Source: Zygnema circumcarinatum SAG 698-1b
Taxonomy: Eukaryota > Plantae > Zygnematophyceae
DNA: 64,000 bases
Direction of reading: 5' to 3'
Assembly: GCA_037447605.1 (NCBI GenBank)
Contig: CM074822.1
Coordinates: forward strand, 1,201,492-1,265,491
Part shown: one piece after another, positions 47,222 through 59,531 of the stretch
How the letters are laid out: the number at the start of each line of letters is the position of its first letter
Numbering within the stretch: the stretch's first letter is position 1
The notes under the pieces: generated by a model
Databases searched by the model: none
Told to the model about the DNA's origin: nothing
Seen by the model: the letters and a program-made list of their open reading frames with translations, nothing else
Translations under genes and position numbers: made by a program

Positions 47222-48607
47222 GGAGGGAGAGAGAAGGGAAGGAGAGGGCGAGGGAGAGGAACAGGGAGAGAGGGAGGGGGAGGGGGAAGGAGAGAGGGAC
47301 GAGATAGATGGGAAAGATGTGGGAGAAGTAAGTTCGTTTGGAGATCAGAGAGTAGGGAGTGGTGTTCGGTATGAGGAGGGAGGGTGCTTTTGAAGGTGAC
47401 TTGTTTGGAGGGTGGAATCATGTGCCCGGTGGAACCGTGAAGTGGGTTTTGTAGAGGGGCTGGATCGGAAGTGGAATGGATCAACTGGAGGGGTTGGAGA
47501 TGAGAACAGTGTCAGGTTCGTTGAAAGAGATGTGAATAGATGACATGCGGTGAGGGCAGACCACGAATGAACTTTGAAGGCGGGGGATTGTGTTTCTATA
47601 GATGGTGAGATGATGAGTGTGAAGGTGATGACGATCACGATGATGAGAATGACTGGTGATGATGGTGGTGATGCTGATGACGATGATGATAATAATGATG
47701 GCATGTATGCATGTATGTCTTATCGTATGACCGAGGAATGTGGAATGGAGTTAGCGTGCTGGTTCAGGGCTGGATTAGGGCCAGAGTCTGTGTCAGAAGG
47801 TGTCCCCTACAGAACTCATAAAACTAAAAACTGAAATGTCAAGCCAGAAACAAGAAACTTATTATCGAAAAACTAAAAACTGGAAACTAGAAACTGAAAA
47901 CTGCCGTAGAAGCTATAAACTAAAAACTAAGAATGTACGGAAAAGCAATTACAGTACGATTTCGCACGTTTTGTCGTAACCTAGCAAGGAGTCACGAAGC
48001 TTCCTCCATTTTGTCATATTTGTCCGTACACTATCAACGTGACTCGAGCATGTCCATGAGCCGCGTCACCCTAAAATTTTTTTTGTGCCAGGCGACGTGG
48101 CGCAAGGGCGTTCGCAGAGCCCCTGGCGGGCAGGGATGAAATGTTTTTTAGAAGCCAATTCTGGTCACAGAAGTGTCAATAATGTAAAATAAAATCCAGT
48201 TTAACATGTTTCAGATAGTGTGAGCGGGACGGATTTAAACTGGTTCCGATTTTGTGGGCAGGAGGGGACATAGGCACTGCCTGCCTCCTTTTGATTTTTG
48301 CCGCTGACAAAAATCAAAAGAAAGTTTTTCTTAGTGTGCCCGCTGTCACGAGCAGACTAAAAACGTTATCATTCGTTTCAACTTCTGCCCGAGCTCCCTT
48401 CCAAAAAAAACAAATCAAAACAAAAAAGTGTTGGCCTGCCCGTCTTCGATCCCTTCTGAAATAAAAATAGAAGTTCACTAGGAATTTTCCTGATCACGCC
48501 TCGAAGAACAAAATTCAGAAATATTATTTTGTACAAATTTCACGAATGTCCAAATATGGAAATATTTTATCGCAAGTCCGAAACGAAAACGTTTTCATCT
48601 GCCCTAT

Positions 48608-48662
48608 CCCTGCCCGGTCCCTGCCCAGTGCCTGCCCGGTCCCTGCCCGGTCCCTGCCCGGT
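48608..48662. repeat. Five tandem copies of the 11-bp unit CCCTGCCCGGT in the METH upstream region
   Basis: Read directly; two copies carry single substitutions. Confidence 0.85.
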
Positions 48663-49456
48663 CCCCCGCTTTCTGCGTCACTCAAACTAGGGCGCCTTCA
48701 ATTGCAGAACTTCAATCGATCGACCATCAGCCAATGGAAACTCGACACGTGTACATTTGTGCATACGTGGCGTTTCGTGATTGGCCATTCTCTCCCTTCC
48801 GGTGCTCCATCCCCTCCATAGGACCCCAAACCCTTCGACATTTTTTCCTCCCTCTGTCCGTCCCTCCCTCCCTCTCTCGGCTGAGGAGAAGGGCCTCCTT
48901 CCTGCTCTCCTGCAGCAGGCAGCCCCTGCAGCGGCGGCGGCGGAAGGGGTGGGGCAGCTCTCCTGGGGGAATTGGAAGCGGAGGAAAAACGCTTGGATCT
49001 GATTGACGCAGGTAATGCCTCTCTCTCGCTCTCGCCATGCTTTCTTGCTTCCTTCTCTGTCTCTCGCTCTGTCTCTCGAGCTCTCGCTGAGGTCTGCAAT
49101 CTGATTGAAAGCTGGTACTCCCTCCCTCCCTCCCTCCCTCTCTCCCTCCCTTTCTCAGCTCTTCAATCTAATTGACAGCTGGTATTCCTCCTTCCCTCGC
49201 TCCCTATCGTACCATATGATCTAGAAACCCCCCTCAGCAACCAAGCATCCTCTTCAAGCCAAGTCTCCACTCCGCTTTAAATCCTGAATCATCTCTACCC
49301 CTCTGTGTCTATTTGCATCAGCCAAAAGCTCAAGCATGCCGAAACCTCATCCAAATCCGTCCAATTCTCTAGCGTTTTTTTGCCCAGCAGCATAGAAATC
49401 GGTGATATCTGACTGCTATTGGGAAGCGTTGGCTGCTGTTGAACAGGTTTTGCAGC

Positions 49457-52400
49457 ATGGAACCCATTCGGAATGTGTTGGGGCGCATTAAGTCCCAGCC
49501 CTTGGTAGCTGTTAGCGTTGCGGCCGTTGCCTTTGCTTGGCAGTTCCTCTCCTTCGATGCACTCCTTCTCCTCGTGTCCGCGCTTTCAATAGCTGTGCTC
49601 CTATTTGAGGGGGGGAGGAAGGCTACGCCGGATGTTGAGGCTGAAGCCACGGTTGCCCCTGAGGTGAAGCCGAAGGAGGAGCAAGTGAAAGATGTTGGAG
49701 GAGAAAAGACTTCAAAAACAGGTGAGGATTGATGGAATGATGTATTTTATGGAGGATGAAGTGTGGCTATGATAATGGTAGAAGGCAGCAGGACAACTCT
49801 GCGTCTCTCTCTCTCTCTCTCTCTCCCTCTCTCTCTCTTTCTCTATATATATAGCTGCCCTTTCTCTGCCGCCCGCCTCTCCTTCTGTGTTTGTTTCTTT
49901 GCGTTTTTCCTCTCCTCCTTTCCGTCCTCTCTCCTCTCCCCCACCTTCCCCCCCTCTCTCGTAGGTCCAGCCATTGCTCGGCATCATTTCACATCAGTTA
50001 CATCTTTCCATTTGCATGCTCTAAAGGTAGGCTGCATTTTAGTAGAGAAGTGTTTACTTGATTTAGTCCGTTGCTCCATTCTTCTAATTCGTCCATTCAA
50101 TGTTGTACTGCCAGTTGCAACTCGCCGCCGGCCTCCGCCACCGACTCCTGGAAGTAAGTCTATCGTTCCCCTTTTTTCAACTCTCTTTGAGATTTAGGTC
50201 TTGTTATTGCTAAACCTGAGCTTCCACTAGAGAGAAGCTGTTTTATTTATTTTGTCCTGTCCCTAAACTACCAATTAATTTCAGGTTTTTCCTTTGTAAT
50301 GCAGAATCTGGAATCGCCCAGTTCATGTGGCGCCATGGAGGCTCTTCTGTGGAGGTGTTCGGAAGCTTCTCGGAAGGCGCCTCTGTAGCAATGGAGCCTT
50401 CCAAGGTGGAAACAGGCACCTTTTTCCTCCACTATGCGTGCCCACAGGGGAAAATTCAATACAGGTATGTAGTTATTATGGTTTGATTGAAATTATCTTT
50501 TGACTTTTTCCTTCATCCTGAACCAAGTGAGGATTTGAATGATAGTGATTCCATCTGAACTAGAAATGAGCCTTCACTGAATCTCCTCCTCGGATCCACC
50601 TTGGTTGTTGATCTGGGATCAGGTTCAAAGTGGATGGCAAGGAGCAAGTTGATCCGGAATCTCCAGTCAGTTCAGATAACTGGAACATTGCGGAAGTTAC
50701 AAGGGACTGCCATTCAGTTCTACAAAGCATGATGAAGGAACGGATTCTGATAATAGATGGAGCCATGGGAACAATGATTCAGAGACACAAGTTGCAGGAA
50801 AAAGACTTCCGTGGGGAAAGATATGTGAATCACTCCCACGATCTTAAGGGAGATAATGATCTGCTTGTTATCACTCGCCCGGATGTGATCGAGGAAATTC
50901 ATACCCAATATCTCGATGCAGGCTCCGATATCATAGAAACAAATACCTTTAACGGAACTTCGATTTCTCAAGCTGACTATGAACTGCAAGCACACGACGA
51001 GGTGGTTCTAATTAACATCGAAGCAGCGAGAGTGGCTAACCTTGCAGTTGAAAAAGTGACTAAGAAGAATCCCTCTCGTCCTCGTTTTGTTGCGGGAGCA
51101 GTCGGCCCCACTAATAAAACTCTCTCAGTTTCACCAAGTGTTGAAAATCCAGCTTTTAGAGCCTGCACTTTTGACGAAATTGTGGCTGCATATAGAGAGC
51201 AAGTGGAAGCTCTCCTTGAAGGGGGGATCGATCTATTGTTGGTAGAGACGATATTTGACACTTTGAATGCGAAAGCTGCTCTTTTCGCGATCGATCAACT
51301 GTTTGATGAACTGGGTTATGAAATTCCGATCATGATAAGTGGAACTATTGTGGATCAGAGTGGGAGAACACTTTCTGGGCAGACTGGAGAAGCATTTTGG
51401 GTCTCTGTTCAGCATGCGAATCCGTTGGCTGTCGGACTGAACTGCGCTCTGGGAGCGAGAGATATGCGGTCATATGTGGATACCCTCAATAAGGTACTAA
51501 CAATTCTCTTTATCAACGTTTTTAGTCATGTAATTCATTAAAGTTGTTGGTATTCTGGTATAGTAAGGAGTTCTATTTTGTGCTTTATTTATTTTCCAAT
51601 ACGAAGGGGTGGAAATTTTTGGAAGTTTTTTCAACTTTCGACTTTCTTTTTCTTCCTCAGATTGCAGAGACCTTCATCCTCTGCTACCCAAATGCCGGCC
51701 TTCCAAATGCAATGGGGGGATATGATGAGACCGGTCCTCAGTTTGCGGATAATATCGCCGACTTTGCTTCCGGAGGACTCATCAACATCATCGGAGGTTG
51801 CTGCGGTACAACTCCGGATCATATTCAAGCTGTAGCGAACACGGTGACTCTCTCTCCCCTTCTCTGTCTCTCTCTCGTCTTTCTCGCTCCCTCTCGCTCT
51901 TCCCCCTCTATCTCTTCTCTCTCTTCCCTCCTCCCTGTCTCTCTCCTCCACTCTCCCTTCTCTCTCCCCCCTCTGTCTGTCCTTTCCACTCTTTTCCTTC
52001 TCTCTTTTCCCCCTCTCTTTTCTCACCCCTCCTATCTCTTTCCTCTCTCTAGCTTTCCTCTCCCCTTTCTCTCCCCTATCTTTTTTCCTTTCCCCTCCTC
52101 TCCCTCTTCTCTCCTCTCTCTCCTCTCTCTCGCTCTCTCTTCCACCTCCAAATGCTAAATGCCAGGAATAGCTTAATCCGACACACTGAACTTACCAAAA
52201 CCTTACCTTTGCAGATTCCCCATGATTCCCAAATGCCTCACTCTTTCCTTGTCCACTCCTTCCTTTCCTTCCCTTTCCCCTCTCATTCCCTCTCTCTCTA
52301 TGTGTTCGCAGGTCAAGTCCCGCAAACCCCGTCCCGTCCCCAAAGTCCGAAACTTGATGCGAATTAGTGGTTTAGAGCCTTTGAATTACATTCCCGAGAC

Positions 52401-55400
52401 CATTCCCTTCATCAACATTGGCGAAAGATGCAATGTGGCCGGGTCCGCCATATTCAAGAAAGCAGTAATCAACAACGACTGGGACAAGGCTCTCAGTATC
52501 GCTGTGGCTCAGGTCGAGGCCGGGGCACAAGTGATAGATATCAATTTCGATGAGGGGCTATTGGACTCCGTCGCATGCATGACTCGCTTTGTGAATCTTC
52601 TCGTTTCTGAGCCCGAGGTGAGAGAGGCCATTCCCACGAAGGAAAATTTCTTTTGTTGAAGGGATTGAGTTGTTTTTTGCGGCACTGAAAGTGATTTATG
52701 TGGGACAGGAGACCTTGAGTTTGTTTGTTTGCTGCATTTTGGGTTTTAGGTGGTATTCTTATGCTTTCTGTCTATTTCTTCTCTCTCTCTCGTTCTCTAT
52801 TGTTTCCCTCTCTCTACCTCCATCCTTCCCCTCCCTCTCTCTCTTTAGTTTCCCTCTCTCTATCTCCATTCTTCCCCTCTCTCTTTTGCTTCCCTCTCTC
52901 TATCTCCATGCTTCCCCTCTCTCTCTTTTTTGTTTCCCTCTCTGTATCTCCATTCTTCCCCTCTCCCTCTCCCCCACTCTCTCACTCTCACTTTCTCTCC
53001 AATTCTGCAGGTGGCCAAAGTCCCTTTCATGATTGACAGCAGCAAGTTCCATGTGGTGGAAGCGGGTCTGAAATGCTCCCAAGGGAAGTGCATTGTCAAT
53101 TCCATCTCTCTCAAGGAGGGAGAGGAAGCATTCCGAAAGTATGCCAAAATTGTGAAAAGACATGGAGCCGCCGTTGTAGTTATGGCATTCGATGAAGAAG
53201 GGCAGGCCGCTACAGAATTCGATAAAGTCAGAATTTGTTCTCGAGCATACAAAATTCTCGTGGAGGAAGTGGGATTTAACCCAGAAGATATCATTTTCGA
53301 CCCCAATATTTTGACTATTGCAACGGGGTTGGAAGAACATAACAATTACGCTGTCGATTTTATCAATGCAACTCGTAAGATCAAAATTGTTTGTCCCGGA
53401 GCTAAAATCAGTGGAGGAGTTTCAAACATTTCTTTCTCCTTCCGTGGGAATGAACCCGTTCGCCGAGCATTCCATTCTGCCTTTCTGTATCATGCTATAA
53501 AGGCAGGCATGGATATGGGAATTGTGAATGCTGGACAGATCGATATTTATGATGATATTGACAAAATTCTCTTAGAGCATGTAGAGGATTGTCTGCTTAA
53601 CCGCCGTCCGGATGCAACAGAACGAATGCTTGAATTAGCACAAAAAATTGATCCCAAAGCAGTAGGAGCAGACAACTCCCAGAAGAATGTATGGAGAGAG
53701 GAGCCGGTAAACAAGAGACTTCAATATGCTTTAGTGAAAGGAATTGATCAGTTTGTAGTAGACGATGTTGAGGAGGCAAGAACATGCGGAAAATACCTCC
53801 GACCCCTTCACATCATTGAGGGGCCACTAATGGATGGAATGAATGTAGTGGGAGACCTTTTTGGGGCAGGAAAGATGTTTCTTCCTCAGGTTATTAAGAG
53901 TGCTCGGGTGATGAAGAGGGCAGTTGCTCACCTTATTCCCTTTATGGAGAAGGAGAAGGAGTTGGCTAAGCTGGCCAATCCTGAGCTTGAACAGCAGTCG
54001 AATGCAGGAACTGTTGTTCTCGCTACAGTGAAGGGAGATGTGCATGATATCGGAAAGAACATTGTTGCTGTAGTTTTAGGTTGTAACAACTACACAGTCA
54101 TAGATTTGGGAGTTATGTGCTCTTTCCCCAAAATTCTTGAAGCATGTAGGGAGCATAAGGCAGATATTGTGGGTCTTTCGGGACTCATTACTCCCTCCCT
54201 TGATGAGATGGTAACAGTAGCGAGAGAGTTGGAGAGAGAGGGATTCCGGATTCCTCTACTTATAGGGGGTGCTACCACATCTCGAATGCATACTGCTGTG
54301 AAGATTGAGCCTAACTATGGTGCCCCTGTAGTCTATGTACTGGATGCTTCTAGAAGTGTTCCGGTAGTCTCCAGTCTATTGGACCCTAACATGAAAGAAG
54401 ACTATATTGCTGATGTTAGGGAGACCTATGCTCAGCTTCGAGAGGAGCATTATGCTGGTCTTGAGGAGAGGAAATATATTCCTATTAGCAAAGCGAGGGA
54501 TTTGCGATTACAGGTGGATTGGAAACTTCCGCAGAATGTTCCGGTGAAACCTACCTTTTTGGGAACAAAGATTTGGGATAATTATCCATTGGAGAAGCTC
54601 ATCGATTGCATCGATTGGAATCCCTTCTTTCAGGTTTGGCAGCTTCGAGGGCGATACCCTAACCGAGGGTATCCCAAAATTTTCAATGATGAAACGGTGG
54701 GAGAGGAAGCAAAGAAACTTTTCGCAGAGGCTCAGACTATGCTTGGAGAGATTGTGAGGAAGAAGAAGCTGAGGGTTAGGGGAATCATTGGTCTCTATGC
54801 GGCAAATTCAGTTGGAGATGATATTAAGCTTTACAGTGATGAATCGAGAGTATCTGAATTGGGGACTCTTCACACGTTGAGACAGCAAGCAGAGAAGGAA
54901 TCGGATGACCCATATTTGGCCTTAGCAGATTTCATAGCTCCCCGGGAGAGTGGAGTGGCCGACTATGTGGGTATGTTCGTTGTATCTGCTGGGTTTGGGT
55001 TGGATGAGTTAGTGGCTAAGTATAAGTCAGCCAATGATGACTACAGTTACATTATGGCAGAGGCCTTGGCTGACCGACTAGCTGAAGCAGCAGCAGAGGT
55101 TTTGCATAGAGAGGTGAGGAAAAACTATTGGGGCTATGCTAAAAATGAGAATTTGGGGGTGGAAGACCTTCTCAAGGTGAAGTATAAGGGAATTCGCCCT
55201 GCTGCGGGTTACCCTTCTCAGCCGGACCATACAGAGAAGGAGTTCATGTGGAAGCTGATGAAGGTGGAGGAGAAGACAAAGATTTCTCTAACGGAATCTA
55301 TGGCGATGTTGCCGGCAGCTTCCGTTTCAGGACTGTACTTTGCGGGAGAGAAAAGCTCCTATTTCGCTGTGGGGAAGATCACGGAAGATCAAGTGAAAGA

Positions 55401-55476
55401 CTATGCGGGAAGGAAGGGGATGCCTTTGGAGGAGTGTCAGAAGTGGCTCGGACCCATGCTTAACTACGAGCCTTAA
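49457..55476 (+). CDS. METH: Cobalamin-dependent methionine synthase (METH/MTR) with an N-terminal hydrophobic anchor and a CBM48-like domain, ~1416-1429 aa
   Basis: Exons 49457-49721, (probable 39-nt exon 50115-50153), 50305-50464, 50623-51493, 51661-51843, 52312-52617 and 53011-55476, with consistent phases. Contains [19 protein letters not shown] and GGCCG (Zn ligands), the pterin-binding domain [11 protein letters not shown], the B12-binding motif [13 protein letters not shown]...[10 protein letters not shown], and the AdoMet activation domain [14 protein letters not shown]. Confidence 0.96.
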
Positions 55477-56169
55477 GGAGGGGGAGGAGAAGATATGAGG
55501 GTTAGGGTTACGTGCCGTTGGGAGAGGAAATCTGTTGAGAGGGTGGGAGGGAGAGAGGGTGAGAGAGAGAGAGGGGGAGAGATAGTAGAGGTAACAACCG
55601 TAGAGGGTGATGCGTGCAAAATTAAAGGGGTAGCAGAGCGGTATGGGAGGTAGTAGTGTAGGGGGGTGGAGTGGTCAGGGAAGGGTTCAAGGAAAGTTCA
55701 AACTTTTCCCAAATAAAGCATGCACTTTTTTCACTTTTATGGTCAACTAACTGACATTAGTGTTGATGTCGTCTGCCATCTCATTTTCTTTCCAGGTTGA
55801 CTCTATTTGTTGATGTTTTGTCAAGTAGTTGATCTCTCTCTGCTCTGAAGCCCGCTCGCTACTCCAATGCTCCTAGTGTCAGCTCAGCGAGAAAGATTCC
55901 TGTCCATGTCTCTGGGAGGCTTGGACGAGTCAACCCTTCCACATTCAGCTGAATCGAATGTACGATTAAGCTTGCATGTGGATCAAGCATTCAAGCTTGA
56001 TCCACATTCAAGCTGTACTGTACTTGTATGTTTGCACATACAGTAGGGGGTCCTCATATTTTCCACCCTGGTTTTGGCCAATATGAGGCGGAAATATTGA
56101 TTTTGCATATATAAGGTTCGTGTTACCAATAGACGGGCGGTATTATGTTAGAGTTCATGTTGGACCGTA

Positions 56170-56565
56170 TGTATCGTACCGTACCATATCGTACCGTATC
56201 GTACTGGAACGGCTACTACAGCTCATACGGCTAGTACGGATAGTGCCGTATCGGGGCGTTTCGTAGCGTACCGTATCGTATTGAAGCCAAAAAGAAGGGG
56301 AGAAGAGCGAGCGCCTCTTACGGCGGCACGTGCGGGGAGATTAGGTGACTTTTGCGTAAGCCCGTAACGGCTAGTACAGCTAGTACAGCTAGTACGGTTA
56401 GTACGAAAAGTACGAAAAGTATGAATAGTACGGCTAACACAAAGTTACCGTACAAAAAGGTGGTTTCGGCAAAATCGGGGCGAATTTCTTGGGGACGCAC
56501 TCCTCAGGGCGGTAAATACGACTGTTGACTGTACACAAGTACATGTACATGCTGACTCGAGTACC
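56170..56565. repeat. GTAC-rich short-repeat cluster (CGTAC/AGTAC units) in the intergenic region
   Basis: 17 GTAC tetramers counted in about 390 bp. Confidence 0.7.
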
Positions 56566-59261
56566 TCCAATACTTTCGGAGGCAGCCCTGACGAGTCTGA
56601 GGCATTGAAAAAGCTGAAGGTAAGAGTGACGATGCATCTGCTGCTCATTAGGATGTGATTGCAAATGGTTGAAATTGATTCTGGAGATCAGTGATAGTAT
56701 TTTGAGCTATTGGAAGCCGAATTGGGAATTGAAGTCGATGCACCCTTACAACGCAAATAGACAAGCAAACTGCAAACTGCTATCTTCTGAAGCAAGAGTT
56801 TGTTCACTATGCATATGGAAACTACGGCGTTTTATCCCCGCAAAATTCGACTTGCAATGGCCCAACATATTCTCCACAAAAGGTAAGCTAGGCTAAAATG
56901 AGTCAGAGTTCACGCTGATTGGTTACCTTTTCTTTGGCTTTTTGATTTCTCTCGGCTCGTAATTGATTTATTTGTTGTCGTAAATGCTTTTTTTGTCAAG
57001 TAGCAACTTAAGCGCAACATCGACTGCTGTCATTTCCAAGGTGAAAGACCGGCAATGTGGATAGGCAATGTTGTTTTCCCCACTTTCCTGTGTCCATTGT
57101 TCGCTTTCTTTTTGATGGTGTCTATGGGAGGCTCGTGTAAGCCACAGCTATAGTGGATAGGGGCACACTTTTTCAATTCTTGAAAAGGCGAGATTTGAAG
57201 AAATATATGTGTTGTACTATACAGTTTTTTGGGACTTGGCACATAGAAATGACTGTTTGTAAAGTTTTGTTCAGATTCACATAGGTTGGACTCTATGGGG
57301 GAGAGAGGGAGAGTGGGTTTCTTTTCTGTTTGCGTTGTAAGCATGCATCAACTTCAATTCTCAATTTGGCTTCCAATAAATAAATAAATAGTAGACATTT
57401 CAGAATGAAGATAATGCAAAGGAATCAAGCATTCACTACAAATATTTTAGAGAATGCTTTGCAGCCTAAAACTCCATTACGAAGGTAAAAGGATTACAAA
57501 TGATATGTCAAGTATTCAACCTTAAACTATCATCTAAATCCCTCTTTCTAATCCCAATAAATAAGCCTGAGCTATTCTAATTCCCACCTCCTCCACTCAG
57601 CCTCCACAAAAAACAGAAGTAGATAAATCTATGCCATGCTCTTAAACCCTCTTTCACCCTATTTAACCCCAATCGGGTTGTACGGCGATCCGTACACCGA
57701 CACGTGTGTCTCGCCTTCCTGCACAATACAACGGAAAAACCCTAAAAACCGTAAAAACCCTAAAAGCGTTGCAAGGGCCGCGCGCCGCTCGCATTGCCCG
57801 GCGGCGCATGAAACAGTTTGCAGCGGACTCGAGCATGGCCTCGTCGCAGATCTCTCGGCATTTGTCGATCAGTCGCGTAAAGTGGGATTGCGCGCATGCA
57901 AGTCAACCTTGGAGTTAATTCTTCAAATGCTCTCCATGAGGGCATCATCGCCGTCGGTCCTGTGTGCCTCCGGGTATAATTCCCAGCGCATATGTTGGAG
58001 ATCTGGGTTGACTTTCAACCATTCACGTGATATCTGTTTGTCGATAGGCTTCGCAGCTATTGAAAGCGTTCAGCAAGTCGAGGAGGGAAGGACAAGGCAT
58101 TCTTCAAAGCCTTACAGACGTTCGCCAAAGGTGGCTAACCCAACATGATCATTGTCGCGGAGAAGAGTACTTACAATAATTGTTGTCCAACCATTGCTAC
58201 TTCGGCTTCTGCCTTAGTGGCTAGGACGCCGGGGACGCTGCGTAACCTCCGTGACATACTCGGATCGATCCTTGGTAAAACAAACAAGGTTCGAGGACCG
58301 CACGCGACGTGGTTACACCGCGGCCCAACCAATGGGTGACCTGCGGCTCAACGTGGTGTACCCGACGCGGAACTTTCGTGGGTCCCTTTTGCGAGATACG
58401 GGCCGTCCGTACAGGCAACGGTTAGCCGTTGGTACGGACCAACCGACAGGCGGCGCCGCGCGCCGCGCACGGGCCACGATGCGAAATCGTTTGGATGTTT
58501 CAGTAACATGTTCGGGTGTTTTACTGGCTACATTTTAGCGGTTTTTTTGGCCTAATTTAGGATGGTTACAGTCGTCTTTCTTGGCTGAAACGGCTGGGAA
58601 CATAAAGTTTCAAACGTTGCAAAGGAAAAGTCGCCACTCATCGCAATTGTGAACATAGCATGGGAACGAACTGAATAGGGGTAAGATGTGGCATTGATCT
58701 CAAGATGGCGATCTTTCGTTCTTTGAGAAATGTACAAAATTTTACAATACGGAAACCGCCCACCCAATGTTCATTAAATCACCTCTGAAGCTCCTACTCC
58801 TCAGTTTTCAGGTTTTCGAGTTTCGGGATTAGGGATTTGAGGGTTTAAAGTTTCTTGAAATAGATTCAAGGATCCGCCCTACTCCTTTCCACATGACTTC
58901 TGGCAGCAGTTTGCGAGATACAAATTTCAATTGTCGCAGCTCTCAAATGCACCGAACCCCCTTAAGAACCAGTTCTCCACAACTTTCGCCACTAAAACTA
59001 AACAGCAAAACTACTGAACATGGTTCAGGCGACCTAAGTCGCAACTTGCCTCTGAACCCTAAACCTTGAAGCTACCATCAAGCTCCGAAGATTTTACCAA
59101 AGCCTACAGTTGACTTTCCTGGGGTACACTGAACCCTTCCCCATCCTTGAGGCTAAGGATGAGAGGAGAGAAAGGGAGAGACTAAGAAAGAAAAAGAGAG
59201 AGAGGGAGAGTATGAGAGAGAGAGCGAGGGAGCGAGGGCGAAAGGGAAGGAGTGAAGTCAA

Positions 59262-59306
<45 letters not shown>

Positions 59307-59531
59307 AAGAACGAGTGAGAGAGAGACTGACTGCGCAAAGGAGACCGTATGGAACAGCCTTGACCTTCCTGTACAACATATTCACAAACTGAGCCATGTA
59401 TGGCTCCATTCTACATGACCACTCCCTCACAAATGAACCCACCGTTGAAACCCTAATCGATGAAACCGTCCACCGCGAAGCAAAGAGCTTAGGATAGATA
59501 TGACACGTGGCACCTTCTTCCGAGTCGATTT

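Noticed and set aside
57636-58550. 170-aa ORF and CG-rich palindromic sequence between METH and RCC1
   Set aside because: No recognisable domain, splice pattern, TIRs or LTRs were found in any frame examined. It may be a decayed repeat, but this is unsupported.
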